From the NCBI GenBank assembly GCA_963704725.1, contig OY969934.1, positions 3,360,001 through 3,424,000 of the forward strand: a DNA stretch of 64,000 nt, given 5' to 3'. This DNA is from an uncultured Actinomycetes bacterium (GTDB lineage: Bacteria; Actinomycetota; UBA4738; HRBIN12). How positions within the stretch are numbered: position 1 is the first letter of the stretch; each line of letters opens with the position of its first letter. Positions 55,597-64,000 of this stretch are shown in pieces. The notes below the pieces were generated by a model. The model ran no database searches and was not told the origin of the DNA. It worked only from the letters and a program-made list of their open reading frames with translations. A program made the translations under genes and the position numbers.

Positions 55597-56358
55597 TTGA
55601 CGCAGAGCCAGATCGATCCCCCCGTCACCGCGACCCGTGCCGAACGGCGATCCGCGACCGGCAAGCGCCGGACCCGGCTCGCACTCCTGCTCGCTCCGGT
55701 CGCCCTCGTCGCCGTCGGCGTCGTGCTCATCCTCGTCCTCGGGGGCGGCAAGAGCGGCGGCATCCTCGGGCCGATCATCGGCGGCGGCGAGGATGACACG
55801 GTGCCGCCGTTCGACTTCCGCTCCGGCAAGACGAGCGTCGTCGCCACGGCGGAGGACGCGGACCCCGCAGCGCTCCAACCCCAGGCGAAGACGGTGGCCG
55901 AGGAGGTCACGCCCGTCCTGGACGACCTCTACACGAACGGGTTCCTCGACCCGACCAACTGGCGCGACGGGGACTACGGGGAGGTCGTGGATCTGTTCTC
56001 CGACGAGGCCGCGCCGGCGGCCGAGCAGGACCTCGCCACCCTGACCCTCGGCGCCACGGCCGGCGACGTCTACGACACGGTCACGCCGACCCGGGGGAGC
56101 CTCAAGTTCAGCGTGCTGTTCGACCAGGACGGCAATCCCGACACGGTCGTGGTCTCGGTCAGGTTCACGGCGCTCGGCGCGCGGCAGGACGGGACGTACA
56201 CGGCGATCATCAGCGCCGGCGAGCTGTTCCTGCGCGACCTGGGCGGATGGCAGATCACGGCCTTCGACGTGCAGCGCAGCGACAAGGCGACCCGCGCCCC
56301 GTCGCCCTCTCCCGGGCCCTCGAGCTCGGCGTCCGCCTCGGGATCGAGCGGCGGGTGA
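55597..56358 (+). CDS. Membrane-anchored hypothetical protein
   Basis: Basic N-terminus, one TM, acidic extracellular domain; overlaps the LCP start (GTGA). Confidence 0.7.
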   Translation: MTQSQIDPPVTATRAERRSATGKRRTRLALLLAPVALVAVGVVLILVLGGGKSGGILGPIIGGGEDDTVPPFDFRSGKTSVVATAEDADPAALQPQAKTVAEEVTPVLDDLYTNGFLDPTNWRDGDYGEVVDLFSDEAAPAAEQDLATLTLGATAGDVYDTVTPTRGSLKFSVLFDQDGNPDTVVVSVRFTALGARQDGTYTAIISAGELFLRDLGGWQITAFDVQRSDKATRAPSPSPGPSSSASASGSSGG

Positions 56359-57347
56359 GCCGGCTCCTGCGCGGCTCGCGGCGCCTGGCGGTTCCGATCG
56401 CCCTGCTCGCGGCGTGGATCGTCGGGTCGACGCTCGGCGCGGCCCCCGCGCCTCGGCGGGCCGAGGCCGTCCCGCTCTTCCAGATCGAGGCCGCCCACGC
56501 CAGCCACGTCCCGGCGCTCGACGGCTCCGAGCCCATCTTCATCCTCGTGATCGGCAGCGACGCCCGCCCCGGCGAGGACATCGCCGGCCAGCGTGCCGAC
56601 TCGATCCACATCGTGGCGATCAACCCGGCGAAGGGGAAGGCCACGATCGTCGGCTTCCCGCGCGACTCCTGGGTCGAGATCCCCGGTCGCGGCTCCGACA
56701 AGATCAACGCGGCGATGACGATCGGCGGCCCCGATCTCGTCGTCCAGACCGTCGAGGCCCTCACCGGGCTGACGATGGACTACTGGGCGCTGACGTGGTT
56801 CGAGGGATTCCAGAAGATGGTCGACGACGTGGGCGGGCTCTCCGTCGACGTGCCCTTCGACGTGGTCGACTCGTACTCGCGCGCGAACATCTCGGCCGGG
56901 GTTCAGGTCCTCGACGGGCGCGCGGCGCTCGCGTTCGCGCGGGCCCGGCACGCCCTGCCGACCGGCGACTTCGGACGCTCGGAGAACCAGGGCCGGCTGA
57001 TGGTCGCGGCGCTCGCGCAGTTCCGCCGGGAGTTCACGAAGGACCCCAGCCGGCTCCTCACGTGGATCGGGGCCCTGCTGCGCAACAGCCGCACGGACGT
57101 GCCGCTCGACGAGCTGCTGACGCTCGCCTTCACCGGAACCACGCTGAACCCCAAGCGGATCACGAACATCGTCCTTCCGGGAGGGGTGGCGATGGTCGGC
57201 AACACGTCGGTGGTCAACCTCGACGGGACGGTCCTGGAGACGATCTCGAGGGACCTGAAGAACGACGGGCTGCTCACCAAGGCCCACATCCCGCCGTCGC
57301 CGAACGCCGGTCTCCTCCCCTCGCCCGAGCCTTCGCCATCCCCCTGA
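56355..57347 (+). CDS. LytR-CpsA-Psr (LCP) family protein
   Basis: ILVIGSDAR, RADSIHIV, FPRDSWV, KINAA, ALAFARARH, DFGRSENQ. Confidence 0.93.
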   Translation: MSRLLRGSRRLAVPIALLAAWIVGSTLGAAPAPRRAEAVPLFQIEAAHASHVPALDGSEPIFILVIGSDARPGEDIAGQRADSIHIVAINPAKGKATIVGFPRDSWVEIPGRGSDKINAAMTIGGPDLVVQTVEALTGLTMDYWALTWFEGFQKMVDDVGGLSVDVPFDVVDSYSRANISAGVQVLDGRAALAFARARHALPTGDFGRSENQGRLMVAALAQFRREFTKDPSRLLTWIGALLRNSRTDVPLDELLTLAFTGTTLNPKRITNIVLPGGVAMVGNTSVVNLDGTVLETISRDLKNDGLLTKAHIPPSPNAGLLPSPEPSPSP

Positions 57348-57381
57348 CGCCCGCGTCGTCGAGCCTGGGGCCCGCGGAGCC

Positions 57382-58428
57382 TCACCGCGTGAGCACGTAC
57401 GCGACGAACACCGCGTAGAAGGCACCCTGCGCGAGCAGGAGCGGCGCCGCGAACCGGTGCCGGACCCGCAGCGTGTACCACAGCACCGACCCGGCGGCGA
57501 GGGCCACGCAGGCCGCGACGAGCGCCTCGTGCGCCAGATGCCACGGCGTGAGGAGCAGGCCGACCGACACGGGGAACGAGGACTGGAAGACCATCGCGCC
57601 CGTCATGTTGCCGAGGGCGAGCGTGTCCTTGCGGCGACGGACCCAGATCACGCTGTTGAACTTCTCCGGCAGCTCGGTTGCGAGCGGCGCGACGAGCAGC
57701 GCGAACACCAGGTGTGAGACGCCGAGACGATCGGCGAGCTCGGTCACCGCGTACACGAACAGCCGGGCGCCGCCCACGATCAGCAGGAGCGAGACCCCAA
57801 CCTGCACGATGCTCGGCCACCTCGATGACGCCCGTGACCACTCGGGGAGCCGCCGGCGGAACCGCCGGGCCCAGCCCCACAGGTAGAGGGACCGGATCTC
57901 GCTCTGCGCCTCCTCCTCCAGATCCTTCGAGCCGGGCGCGCGGAGGTGCCGGCGAACGTAGAGGCCGTAGCCCACCACGAGGACGACCGCGAGCGCCCAG
58001 TGCAGCGGGCGCACGTGGATCAGGCCCGCGAGCATGGCCAGGGCGTACATGACCAGGAAGTAGCCGAGATCCGCGCGGAGGACGCCGCGGTCGCCCTCGA
58101 GCTCCCGGCTCCGTCCGTTCGTACGGGCGTAGATGAGCACCGCGACCGCGATGACGAACATCGCCAGGGTGGTGAGCATGAACGGGGCTCCGAGGATCGC
58201 CCCGATGCCGATCTCCTCGCCGGATGCGTGCCCGGACCAGATGGCGATGATCGGCAGGATCGTCTCGGGAAGAGCAGTGCCGACGGCGGCGAGGACGCTC
58301 CCGACGACCCCCTCGGACAGGCCGAACCCCTCGCCGATCCACTCGATCCCATTCGTGAACAGCTCGGCACCGCCGAGGATCACGCAGAAGGCGGCGACGA
58401 GTCCGAGCAGATGCATGGGCGGCGGCAT
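57382..58428 (-). CDS. CaCA-family (Na+/Ca2+ exchanger-like) antiporter
   Basis: Alpha-1 GTALPE, alpha-2 ATELPEKFNS, LALGNMTGA. Confidence 0.88.
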   Translation of the reverse strand: MPPPMHLLGLVAAFCVILGGAELFTNGIEWIGEGFGLSEGVVGSVLAAVGTALPETILPIIAIWSGHASGEEIGIGAILGAPFMLTTLAMFVIAVAVLIYARTNGRSRELEGDRGVLRADLGYFLVMYALAMLAGLIHVRPLHWALAVVLVVGYGLYVRRHLRAPGSKDLEEEAQSEIRSLYLWGWARRFRRRLPEWSRASSRWPSIVQVGVSLLLIVGGARLFVYAVTELADRLGVSHLVFALLVAPLATELPEKFNSVIWVRRRKDTLALGNMTGAMVFQSSFPVSVGLLLTPWHLAHEALVAACVALAAGSVLWYTLRVRHRFAAPLLLAQGAFYAVFVAYVLTR

Positions 58429-58478
58429 CTTCCCATGCCCACAGGCGGCCTCCGGGGCCGTGCTACGCTGCCGGAGTC

Positions 58479-58570
58479 CCGGAGGGGAGTAGTCCGCAAG
58501 CGGATCTCGCCGTCATCACGGCCGACACCGGCCCGGCGGGTCCCCCGCGTGGCGGGGACGAGACCTTCGG
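58479..58570 (+). ncRNA. yybP-ykoY (Mn2+) riboswitch
   Basis: Hallmarks GGGGAGUAG, CGUCAUCAC, ACGAGACC; P1 CCGGAGG/CCUUCGG; -10 TACGCT at 58464-58469. Confidence 0.85.
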
Positions 58571-58599
58571 CCCTGAAGTGATGGGCTGGGAGGTCACGG

Positions 58600-59919
58600 G
58601 TGGTGGTATCGGGCGAGGAGCTTCGGGCTCGGCCCCGGCGGGCCGGGCCGACGATCGCGCTCGCGGCCGGGATCACCGCTCCGGGCCTGGTCCTGCGGCT
58701 CGCCAACCTCCACGTCGGCGATCCCGTGGCCGCGCTCCTGTTCGGCCTCGCCATCGTCGGGGCGGCCTTCCTGCTGTCGTGGGCCGCCGAGGTCGCGCAG
58801 CTGGACGTCTCCGCCGGCCTGGCCATCGCGATCCTCGCGTTGATCGCCGTCCTGCCCGAGTACGCCGTCGACATGGTGTTCGCATCGAAGGGCGGGAGCG
58901 CCGTCGCGGCGTATGGGGCCTCATGCCAGGCCCCCGGCGCCCCCGGCGAGACCGCCTGCTCGCTCGCCTTGGCGAACATGACCGGCGCGAACCGGCTCCT
59001 CATCGGCATCGGATGGTCGGCGGTCGTGTTCATCGCGTGGGTGCGATCGCGCCGGACGGGCACCCGGATCCGCGAAGTGCGCCTGGAACGCACCCACGCC
59101 GTCGAGGTGTCGTTCCTGGCGCTCGCCACGTTGTACTCGCTCACCCTGCCCCTGAAGCACTCCGTCACGCCGTGGGACGCGCTCGTCCTCGTCGCCATCT
59201 TCGCCGCGTACACCGTGCGGGTCTCCCGGGCCCCGGCAGAGGAACCGCACCTCGTCGGGCCGGCGCGCCTCATCGGGACGTTCGGCGTCCGCCGGCGCCG
59301 GGTCGCGGTCGTCTCGCTCTTCGCGTTCTCCGCGGCGGTGATCCTGCTGAGCGCCGAGCACTTCGCCGACGCGCTGGTCGCGAGCGGACGCGAGCTGGGG
59401 ATCAGCGAGTTCCTCCTCGTCCAGTGGCTGGCGCCCCTCGCGTCCGAGGCGCCGGAGCTGCTCGTGGCCGGGCTGTACGCGTGGCGGCTCAACACGAACG
59501 CCGGTCTCGGGACCCTCGTCTCGTCCAAGGTCAACCAGTGGACGCTCCTCGTGGGGACGCTCCCGATCGTGTTCGCCATCGCCCTCGGCGGCCTGCACGG
59601 GCTCCCCATCGACGGCCACCAGCGACAGGAGCTCTTCCTCACCGCCGCACAGTCGTTCTTCGCTCTCGCCGTGCTCGCCACGCTCTCGATCTCCACGCGC
59701 GAGGCGCTGCTCCTCTTCTGCCTGTTCTGGGCCCAGTTCGCGATCGGGGCGGCCGTTCCGGATTCGGCCCACGGCGTCGAGCTCGTCGTCGTCGCCGTCT
59801 CGTATCTCGCGCTCGGCGTGTGGATCCTCGCCGGCGAGCGCCGACTGCTCGTCGGCCTGCTCCGCGACGGCCTCCGGACGTCCTACGCGGATCTGGGACG
59901 CGAGATCCCGGGCGAGTAG
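58600..59919 (+). CDS. CaCA-family cation exchanger under riboswitch control
   Basis: AVLPEYAVD, ALANMTGANRLL, APLASEAPE, SSKVNQWTLL; SD GGAGG at 58589. Confidence 0.88.
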   Translation: MVVSGEELRARPRRAGPTIALAAGITAPGLVLRLANLHVGDPVAALLFGLAIVGAAFLLSWAAEVAQLDVSAGLAIAILALIAVLPEYAVDMVFASKGGSAVAAYGASCQAPGAPGETACSLALANMTGANRLLIGIGWSAVVFIAWVRSRRTGTRIREVRLERTHAVEVSFLALATLYSLTLPLKHSVTPWDALVLVAIFAAYTVRVSRAPAEEPHLVGPARLIGTFGVRRRRVAVVSLFAFSAAVILLSAEHFADALVASGRELGISEFLLVQWLAPLASEAPELLVAGLYAWRLNTNAGLGTLVSSKVNQWTLLVGTLPIVFAIALGGLHGLPIDGHQRQELFLTAAQSFFALAVLATLSISTREALLLFCLFWAQFAIGAAVPDSAHGVELVVVAVSYLALGVWILAGERRLLVGLLRDGLRTSYADLGREIPGE

Positions 59920-59957
59920 ACCGCCGGGCTCGTCGCCGCCCCGACTACCATCGGCCG

Positions 59958-62219
59958 GTGGACCCGCGCGCCTTCCTCGCTTCGCTCGAGCGCGACGAGT
60001 CGTTCGTCCATCTCCACGAGATACCCGCGCGCGAGCCCGACCCGGGCCCGTTCCCCGACGACGTGCCGGGTCTGGTCGTCGACCGGTTCGGGCTGGTGGG
60101 GATCACCGGCCTGTACGAGCACCAGCTCCGGGCGCTCGAGCTCGTGCGCTCCGGTCGGAACGTCGTGGTCGCCACGGGAACCGCGTCGGGCAAGACGCTC
60201 GTCTACAACCTGGCCTTCGCGGCCGAGGCGGTGGCCGACCCCAAGCGCACCGCCCTGTACCTGTTCCCGACGAAGGCGCTGGCCCGCGACCAGCTGCGCC
60301 AGATCCGCGACCTCAAGCTCCCGCAGGTGCGCGCCGCGGTCTTCGACGGCGACACGCCGAGGGACGAGCGCCCCCTGATCCGACGCAACGCCAACCTCGT
60401 GCTGTCGAACCCCGACATGCTCCACGCGTCGATGCTGCCCGACCACGCAAGGTGGGCGGACTTCTTCCTGCGGTTGTCGCTCGTCGTGGTCGACGAGGCG
60501 CACGTGGCCCGCGGCGTGTTCGGCTCGCACGTCGCCCACGTGCTCCGGCGGCTCCGGCGGCTCGTGGCCCACTACGGCGGCGAGCCCCGATACGTGCTGG
60601 CGAGCGCCACGATCGGCAACCCGGCCGAGCTCGCCGAGCGGCTCGTCGGTGTGCCGTTCGACGCCGTGACTGAGGACCGCTCGCCCTCGGGAGGCAAGCT
60701 GTTCGCGCTGCTGAACCCGCCGGTGATCGACGACGAGTCCGGGGCGCGCCGCAGCGCGCTCACGGAGGCCGCGCAGCTCGTCGCGCGGATGGCGGAGGCC
60801 GGCGTGAAGTCGATCGGCTTCACCCGGTCGCGCCGCGCCGCCGAGCTCCTGGCCGAGTTCGCCCGGCGCGAGCTCGACCCGGAGCTCCGGCCCCGGGTGA
60901 AGTCGTACCGCGCCGGCTACCTGGCCGAGGACCGGCGGGAGCTCGAGCGGCAGCTCGCGAACGACGAGCTGATCGCCGTGGCGTCGACGAACGCGCTCGA
61001 GCTCGGCATCGACATCGGCTCGCTCGACGCGGCCGTGCTCGTCGGCTACCCGGGCACGCGGGCCTCGATGTGGCAACAGGCGGGCCGAGCCGGGCGCCGG
61101 GCCGGCGGCTCGCTGGCGGTGCTCGTCGCCCAGGACGATCCCCTCGACCAGTTCCTGGTCACCCACCCGGCCGACCTGTTCGACAAGCCGCCGGAGGCCT
61201 CGGTGATCGACCCCACGAACCCGTTCGTGCTCGAGCCGCACCTGGCGTGCGCCGCGCGCGAGTATCCCCTGTCCGTCGACGAGGTCGCGACGTTCTGGCC
61301 GGGCGCGGAGGGCGCGATCGAGCACCTGCAGGCGGCCGGCGAGCTGACGCGGCGAAAGGACCGGTGGCACCACCGGGGTCGCGAGGCGCCGCACCGGCGC
61401 GTGAACCTCCGCAGCGCCGGGGGTCATACCTTCGCCATCGTGATCGAGGAGACCGGGGAGCTCCTCGGCACGGTCGACGAGTCGCGCGCCTTCGCCCAGG
61501 TCCACCCGGGCGCGATCTACCTCCATCAGGGTGAGCAGTTCGAGGTTCGCGAGCTCGACCTCGCGGGCCACGCGGCGCTCGTCGCGCGGAGCGATCCGGA
61601 CTTCTACACCCAGGCCCGGGACACGACCGACATCCGGGTCGAGGGCGTGGACGAGCAGGACAGGACGAGCGGCGGGGTACCGGCCTTCTCCGGGTCGGTG
61701 CACGTGACCGACCAGGTCGTGGCGTACGCGCGCAAGCACGTGGCCACGGGCGAGATCCTCGAGATCGTCCCACTCGACCTTCCCCCGCAGACGCTCGAGA
61801 CGAAGGCGGTGTGGTGGGCGATCCCCCGCGACACGATCGAACGGGCCGCGATCCGCGAGTCCGCGCTCCCCGGCGCGGCGCACGCCGCCGAGCACGCGGC
61901 GATCGGCCTCCTCCCGCTCGTCGCGACGTGCGACCGGTGGGACGTGGGGGGCGTCTCGACCGCGTACCACCCCGACACCGCCTCGTGCGCGATCTTCGTG
62001 TACGACGGCTATCCCGGCGGGGCCGGGATCACCCACCGGGGGTTCGCCGCCGCCGAGCGCTGGCTCGAGGCCACGCTGGAGACCGTCCGGACCTGTCCAT
62101 GCCCGCACGGGTGCCCCTCGTGCGTGCAATCCCCCAAGTGCGGCAACGGGAACGAGCCGCTCGACAAGGCGGGCGCGGTAGCCTTGCTCGCCGCGATGCT
62201 GGGGAGGCCTCGAGGATGA
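59958..62219 (+). CDS. DEAH-box helicase with C-terminal DUF1998 (YprA/MrfA/SftH/Hrq1-like)
   Basis: TGTASGKT, PTKALARDQ, DEAH, SAT, TNALELGIDIG, QAGRAGR, YDGYPGGAG, CPCPHGCPSC. Confidence 0.93.
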   Translation: MDPRAFLASLERDESFVHLHEIPAREPDPGPFPDDVPGLVVDRFGLVGITGLYEHQLRALELVRSGRNVVVATGTASGKTLVYNLAFAAEAVADPKRTALYLFPTKALARDQLRQIRDLKLPQVRAAVFDGDTPRDERPLIRRNANLVLSNPDMLHASMLPDHARWADFFLRLSLVVVDEAHVARGVFGSHVAHVLRRLRRLVAHYGGEPRYVLASATIGNPAELAERLVGVPFDAVTEDRSPSGGKLFALLNPPVIDDESGARRSALTEAAQLVARMAEAGVKSIGFTRSRRAAELLAEFARRELDPELRPRVKSYRAGYLAEDRRELERQLANDELIAVASTNALELGIDIGSLDAAVLVGYPGTRASMWQQAGRAGRRAGGSLAVLVAQDDPLDQFLVTHPADLFDKPPEASVIDPTNPFVLEPHLACAAREYPLSVDEVATFWPGAEGAIEHLQAAGELTRRKDRWHHRGREAPHRRVNLRSAGGHTFAIVIEETGELLGTVDESRAFAQVHPGAIYLHQGEQFEVRELDLAGHAALVARSDPDFYTQARDTTDIRVEGVDEQDRTSGGVPAFSGSVHVTDQVVAYARKHVATGEILEIVPLDLPPQTLETKAVWWAIPRDTIERAAIRESALPGAAHAAEHAAIGLLPLVATCDRWDVGGVSTAYHPDTASCAIFVYDGYPGGAGITHRGFAAAERWLEATLETVRTCPCPHGCPSCVQSPKCGNGNEPLDKAGAVALLAAMLGRPRG

Positions 62220-62701
62220 GGGAGCCGTACGTCGCCGTCGTCGGGCCGTCGGCCGGGACGCCGGTCGAGCTCGCGCTGGGCGAGGCCGTGGGGCGAGGGC
62301 TGGCGCAGGCCGGCGCGGTGCTCGTGTGCGGGGGGATGGGCGGCGTGATGGAGGCGGCCGCCGGGGGCGCCGTGAAGGCGGGCGGGAAGACCGTCGGCAT
62401 CCTGCCCACGGCTTCGCGACTGGAGGGCAACCCGTACCTGACGATCGCGGTGGCGACGGGGATGGGCGAGGCCCGCAACGCGATCGTCGTCCGCACGGCC
62501 GACGTCGTCATCGCGGTTCACGGCGAGTTCGGCACGCTGTCGGAGATCGCGCTCGCGCTGAAGATGGGCAAGCCCGTCGTCGGGCTCGGGACGTGGGAGC
62601 TGCGCCGGGCCGGCGAGAGCGTCGAGGCCATCATCCGCGCCAAGAACCCCGAGGAGGCGGTGGCCAAGGCCATGGAGCGCGTCCCCATCGACCGACTTTG
62701 A
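62216..62701 (+). CDS. TIGR00725-family (LOG-like Rossmann) protein
   Basis: VCGGMGGVMEAA, VGILP, TGMGEARN, GEFGTLSEIALALKMGKPV; ATGA overlap with the helicase. Confidence 0.88.
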   Translation: MREPYVAVVGPSAGTPVELALGEAVGRGLAQAGAVLVCGGMGGVMEAAAGGAVKAGGKTVGILPTASRLEGNPYLTIAVATGMGEARNAIVVRTADVVIAVHGEFGTLSEIALALKMGKPVVGLGTWELRRAGESVEAIIRAKNPEEAVAKAMERVPIDRL

Positions 62702-62750
62702 GCCACTCCGGCGACGACCGGCCCTCCAAGGTTCGACCGGCCCCGCCGGT

Positions 62751-63098
62751 GTGGGCCGTTCGGCCCCGGCGGCTCTCGAGGACCCCGGGCACCATGCTCG
62801 GACGGACGCGGAGACCCCCCCGAACCGGCTCCCCCTCGGTTACGTCGGCTTCAACGGCGCGATCGGGACCGCGCACGTCCTCCGCCACGACGAGGGCGCG
62901 GACGAGCTCGACCCCTTTCTCGAGCAGATCCGCCTGCTCGTGGAGCGCCCGGGGATCCGGACGATCCGCATGAGCGGCCACGCGGGGTGCTCCTCGCCGG
63001 CCTTGGCGGCGGGTCTCGAGGAGCTGTGCGAGCGGGCCCGCGCCAGGGGCATCGTCCTCGAGGTGCTCCCCGGCGTCTGCCAGACGGCCGCCGAGTAG
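62751..63098 (+). CDS. Hypothetical protein, weakly STAS-like
   Basis: ORF 62751..63098; AAGLEELCERARARGIVLEV resembles an anti-anti-sigma C-terminus. Confidence 0.35.
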   Translation: MGRSAPAALEDPGHHARTDAETPPNRLPLGYVGFNGAIGTAHVLRHDEGADELDPFLEQIRLLVERPGIRTIRMSGHAGCSSPALAAGLEELCERARARGIVLEVLPGVCQTAAE

Positions 63099-63220
63099 TC
63101 CCCGCCGATCGGCGTGCGGCGTACCGCCGAAGGTCGGCGCGGGAGGCGACCGACGACCGATGCGCCCCTCCCCGGGATGGGCGACCCTGGGCTCTCGTCA
63201 AGCGTCGGGAGGAATCGCAC

Positions 63221-63694
63221 ATGGTCGTCGGCATCGCGCTCCTGATCGTTGGCTCGCTCGGCACGATCGGCCTGGCGGCCCTGCTCTCGGCCTCCACGTC
63301 GGAGGGCACGATCGAGCTGGGTTCGCTCGCCACCCTCAGCCCACGGACGGCGGCGCTCGTCACCGCCGGTGTGGCGCTCGGCGCGGCCGTCGTCCTCGCC
63401 GCCGGCGTGCTGGCCGTTCGGCGCGATCGATCGCATCGAGCTCGCGTGTCGGATCAGGACGAGCGCGCCCGCGCCGCGGAGGAGGAGGCGCGGGCCCGGC
63501 TCCTCGAGCTTCGACTGGCGCAGCTCGAGCACGAGGTCGAGCACCTGGAGCTCCGCCGGGCCGCGGCGCTCGGGGAGCTGCAGGTCCCGCCCCCGGGCGA
63601 GGACGAGCCACGCCTGGTCCTGGTTCCGGACGTAGGCGAGGCCACCGAGCTGTCCCGGCGCCTGGCCTCGGCGCCTCGCGGGCGCCGGGACTGA
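63221..63694 (+). CDS. Two-TM protein with coiled coil
   Basis: SD ggagg; two hydrophobic helices; EEEARARLLELRLAQLEHEVEHLE. Confidence 0.65.
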   Translation: MVVGIALLIVGSLGTIGLAALLSASTSEGTIELGSLATLSPRTAALVTAGVALGAAVVLAAGVLAVRRDRSHRARVSDQDERARAAEEEARARLLELRLAQLEHEVEHLELRRAAALGELQVPPPGEDEPRLVLVPDVGEATELSRRLASAPRGRRD

Positions 63695-63703
63695 GCCACC
63701 CGG

Positions 63704-64000
63704 CTACGGCCCTCGTCCGAGCAGCCGCCGGCCGAGCCCGAGCACGGCCCGCCGCTCGCCCGGGCGCAGGCCCACGAGCACGAGCCCGATGCCGTAGACG
63801 ACCGAGCCGGCCAGGATCGAGCCGCCCAGGTCGATCAGCCACTTCGGGCCGTTCAGCACCTGGTGCGCCGCCCACATCACGACGCCGCCGGCGATCGCCG
63901 GGGGGATCAGCCGCAGGAACCACTTGTCGAACGGCCAGATGTCGACGAACCGCTTCACCAGCATCAGCCGGGCGAACGCCGACACGGTCAGCGTCACGGC
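63704..64000 (-). CDS. C-terminus of a membrane protein, possibly a polysaccharide flippase (partial)
   Basis: Hydrophobic helices and terminal GLRPGERRAV pattern; open at the window edge. Confidence 0.5.
   Translation of the reverse strand, partial: AVTLTVSAFARLMLVKRFVDIWPFDKWFLRLIPPAIAGGVVMWAAHQVLNGPKWLIDLGGSILAGSVVYGIGLVLVGLRPGERRAVLGLGRRLLGRGP

Noticed and set aside
59958-62701. DUF1998 helicase as a DISARM or Druantia defence system
   Set aside because: No methylase, PLD nuclease or partner helicase nearby; it fits the stand-alone YprA/SftH repair helicase type.
128-64000. Many long ORFs in the track (e.g. 12289..15354+, 18726..22619-, 26059..29139+, 45062..47467-)
   Set aside because: Antisense or shifted-frame shadows of recognisable genes, expected in high-GC DNA; no motifs.
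1-64000. CRISPR array, prophage, transposase or rRNA
   Set aside because: No repeat-spacer periodicity, phage structural genes, transposase or integrase motifs, or rRNA signatures recognised by eye.

Overview
High-GC bacterial chromosome segment, most consistent with a deep-branching Actinomycetota (inference from the MFS-tmk fusion, paired trkA next to an APC permease, TANNNT leaderless promoters and a zinc-ribbon topA). Four blocks: (1) about 3.8-9.8 kb, a decaying integrase-less island at tRNA-Thr(CGT), bounded by a diverged copy of the tRNA 3' half, with surface-protein genes behind two identically spaced sigma28-like promoters and frameshifted remnants; (2) about 10-23 kb, an unusual signalling cluster: a USP-ABC1/UbiB kinase fusion, a REC-LuxR-HTH-class III adenylate cyclase, a divergent paralogous NarL regulator, two paralogous membrane histidine kinases, a stand-alone USP, a lone REC and an M36 peptidase (best candidate for an undescribed system: two-component -> cAMP -> USP-gated atypical kinase); (3) about 23-32 kb, core genes (holB, MFS-tmk, topA, DedA, GNAT, tryptophanase); (4) about 32-60 kb, a cation-homeostasis supercluster: two KimA-like permeases with tandem-duplicated cytosolic domains, two KdpD(C-terminal)/KdpE pairs, a split KdpD N-terminal module, trkA x2, kdpFABC with an extra upstream peptide, a K+-independent H+-PPase, CBS + NhaD/ArsB, NhaA and two CaCA exchangers, with shared KdpE-like boxes, a yybP-ykoY riboswitch and a candidate nhaA leader RNA. 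The window ends with a DUF1998 helicase, a TIGR00725 gene and a truncated membrane-protein gene. All calls come from motif recognition by eye; no database searches were run.
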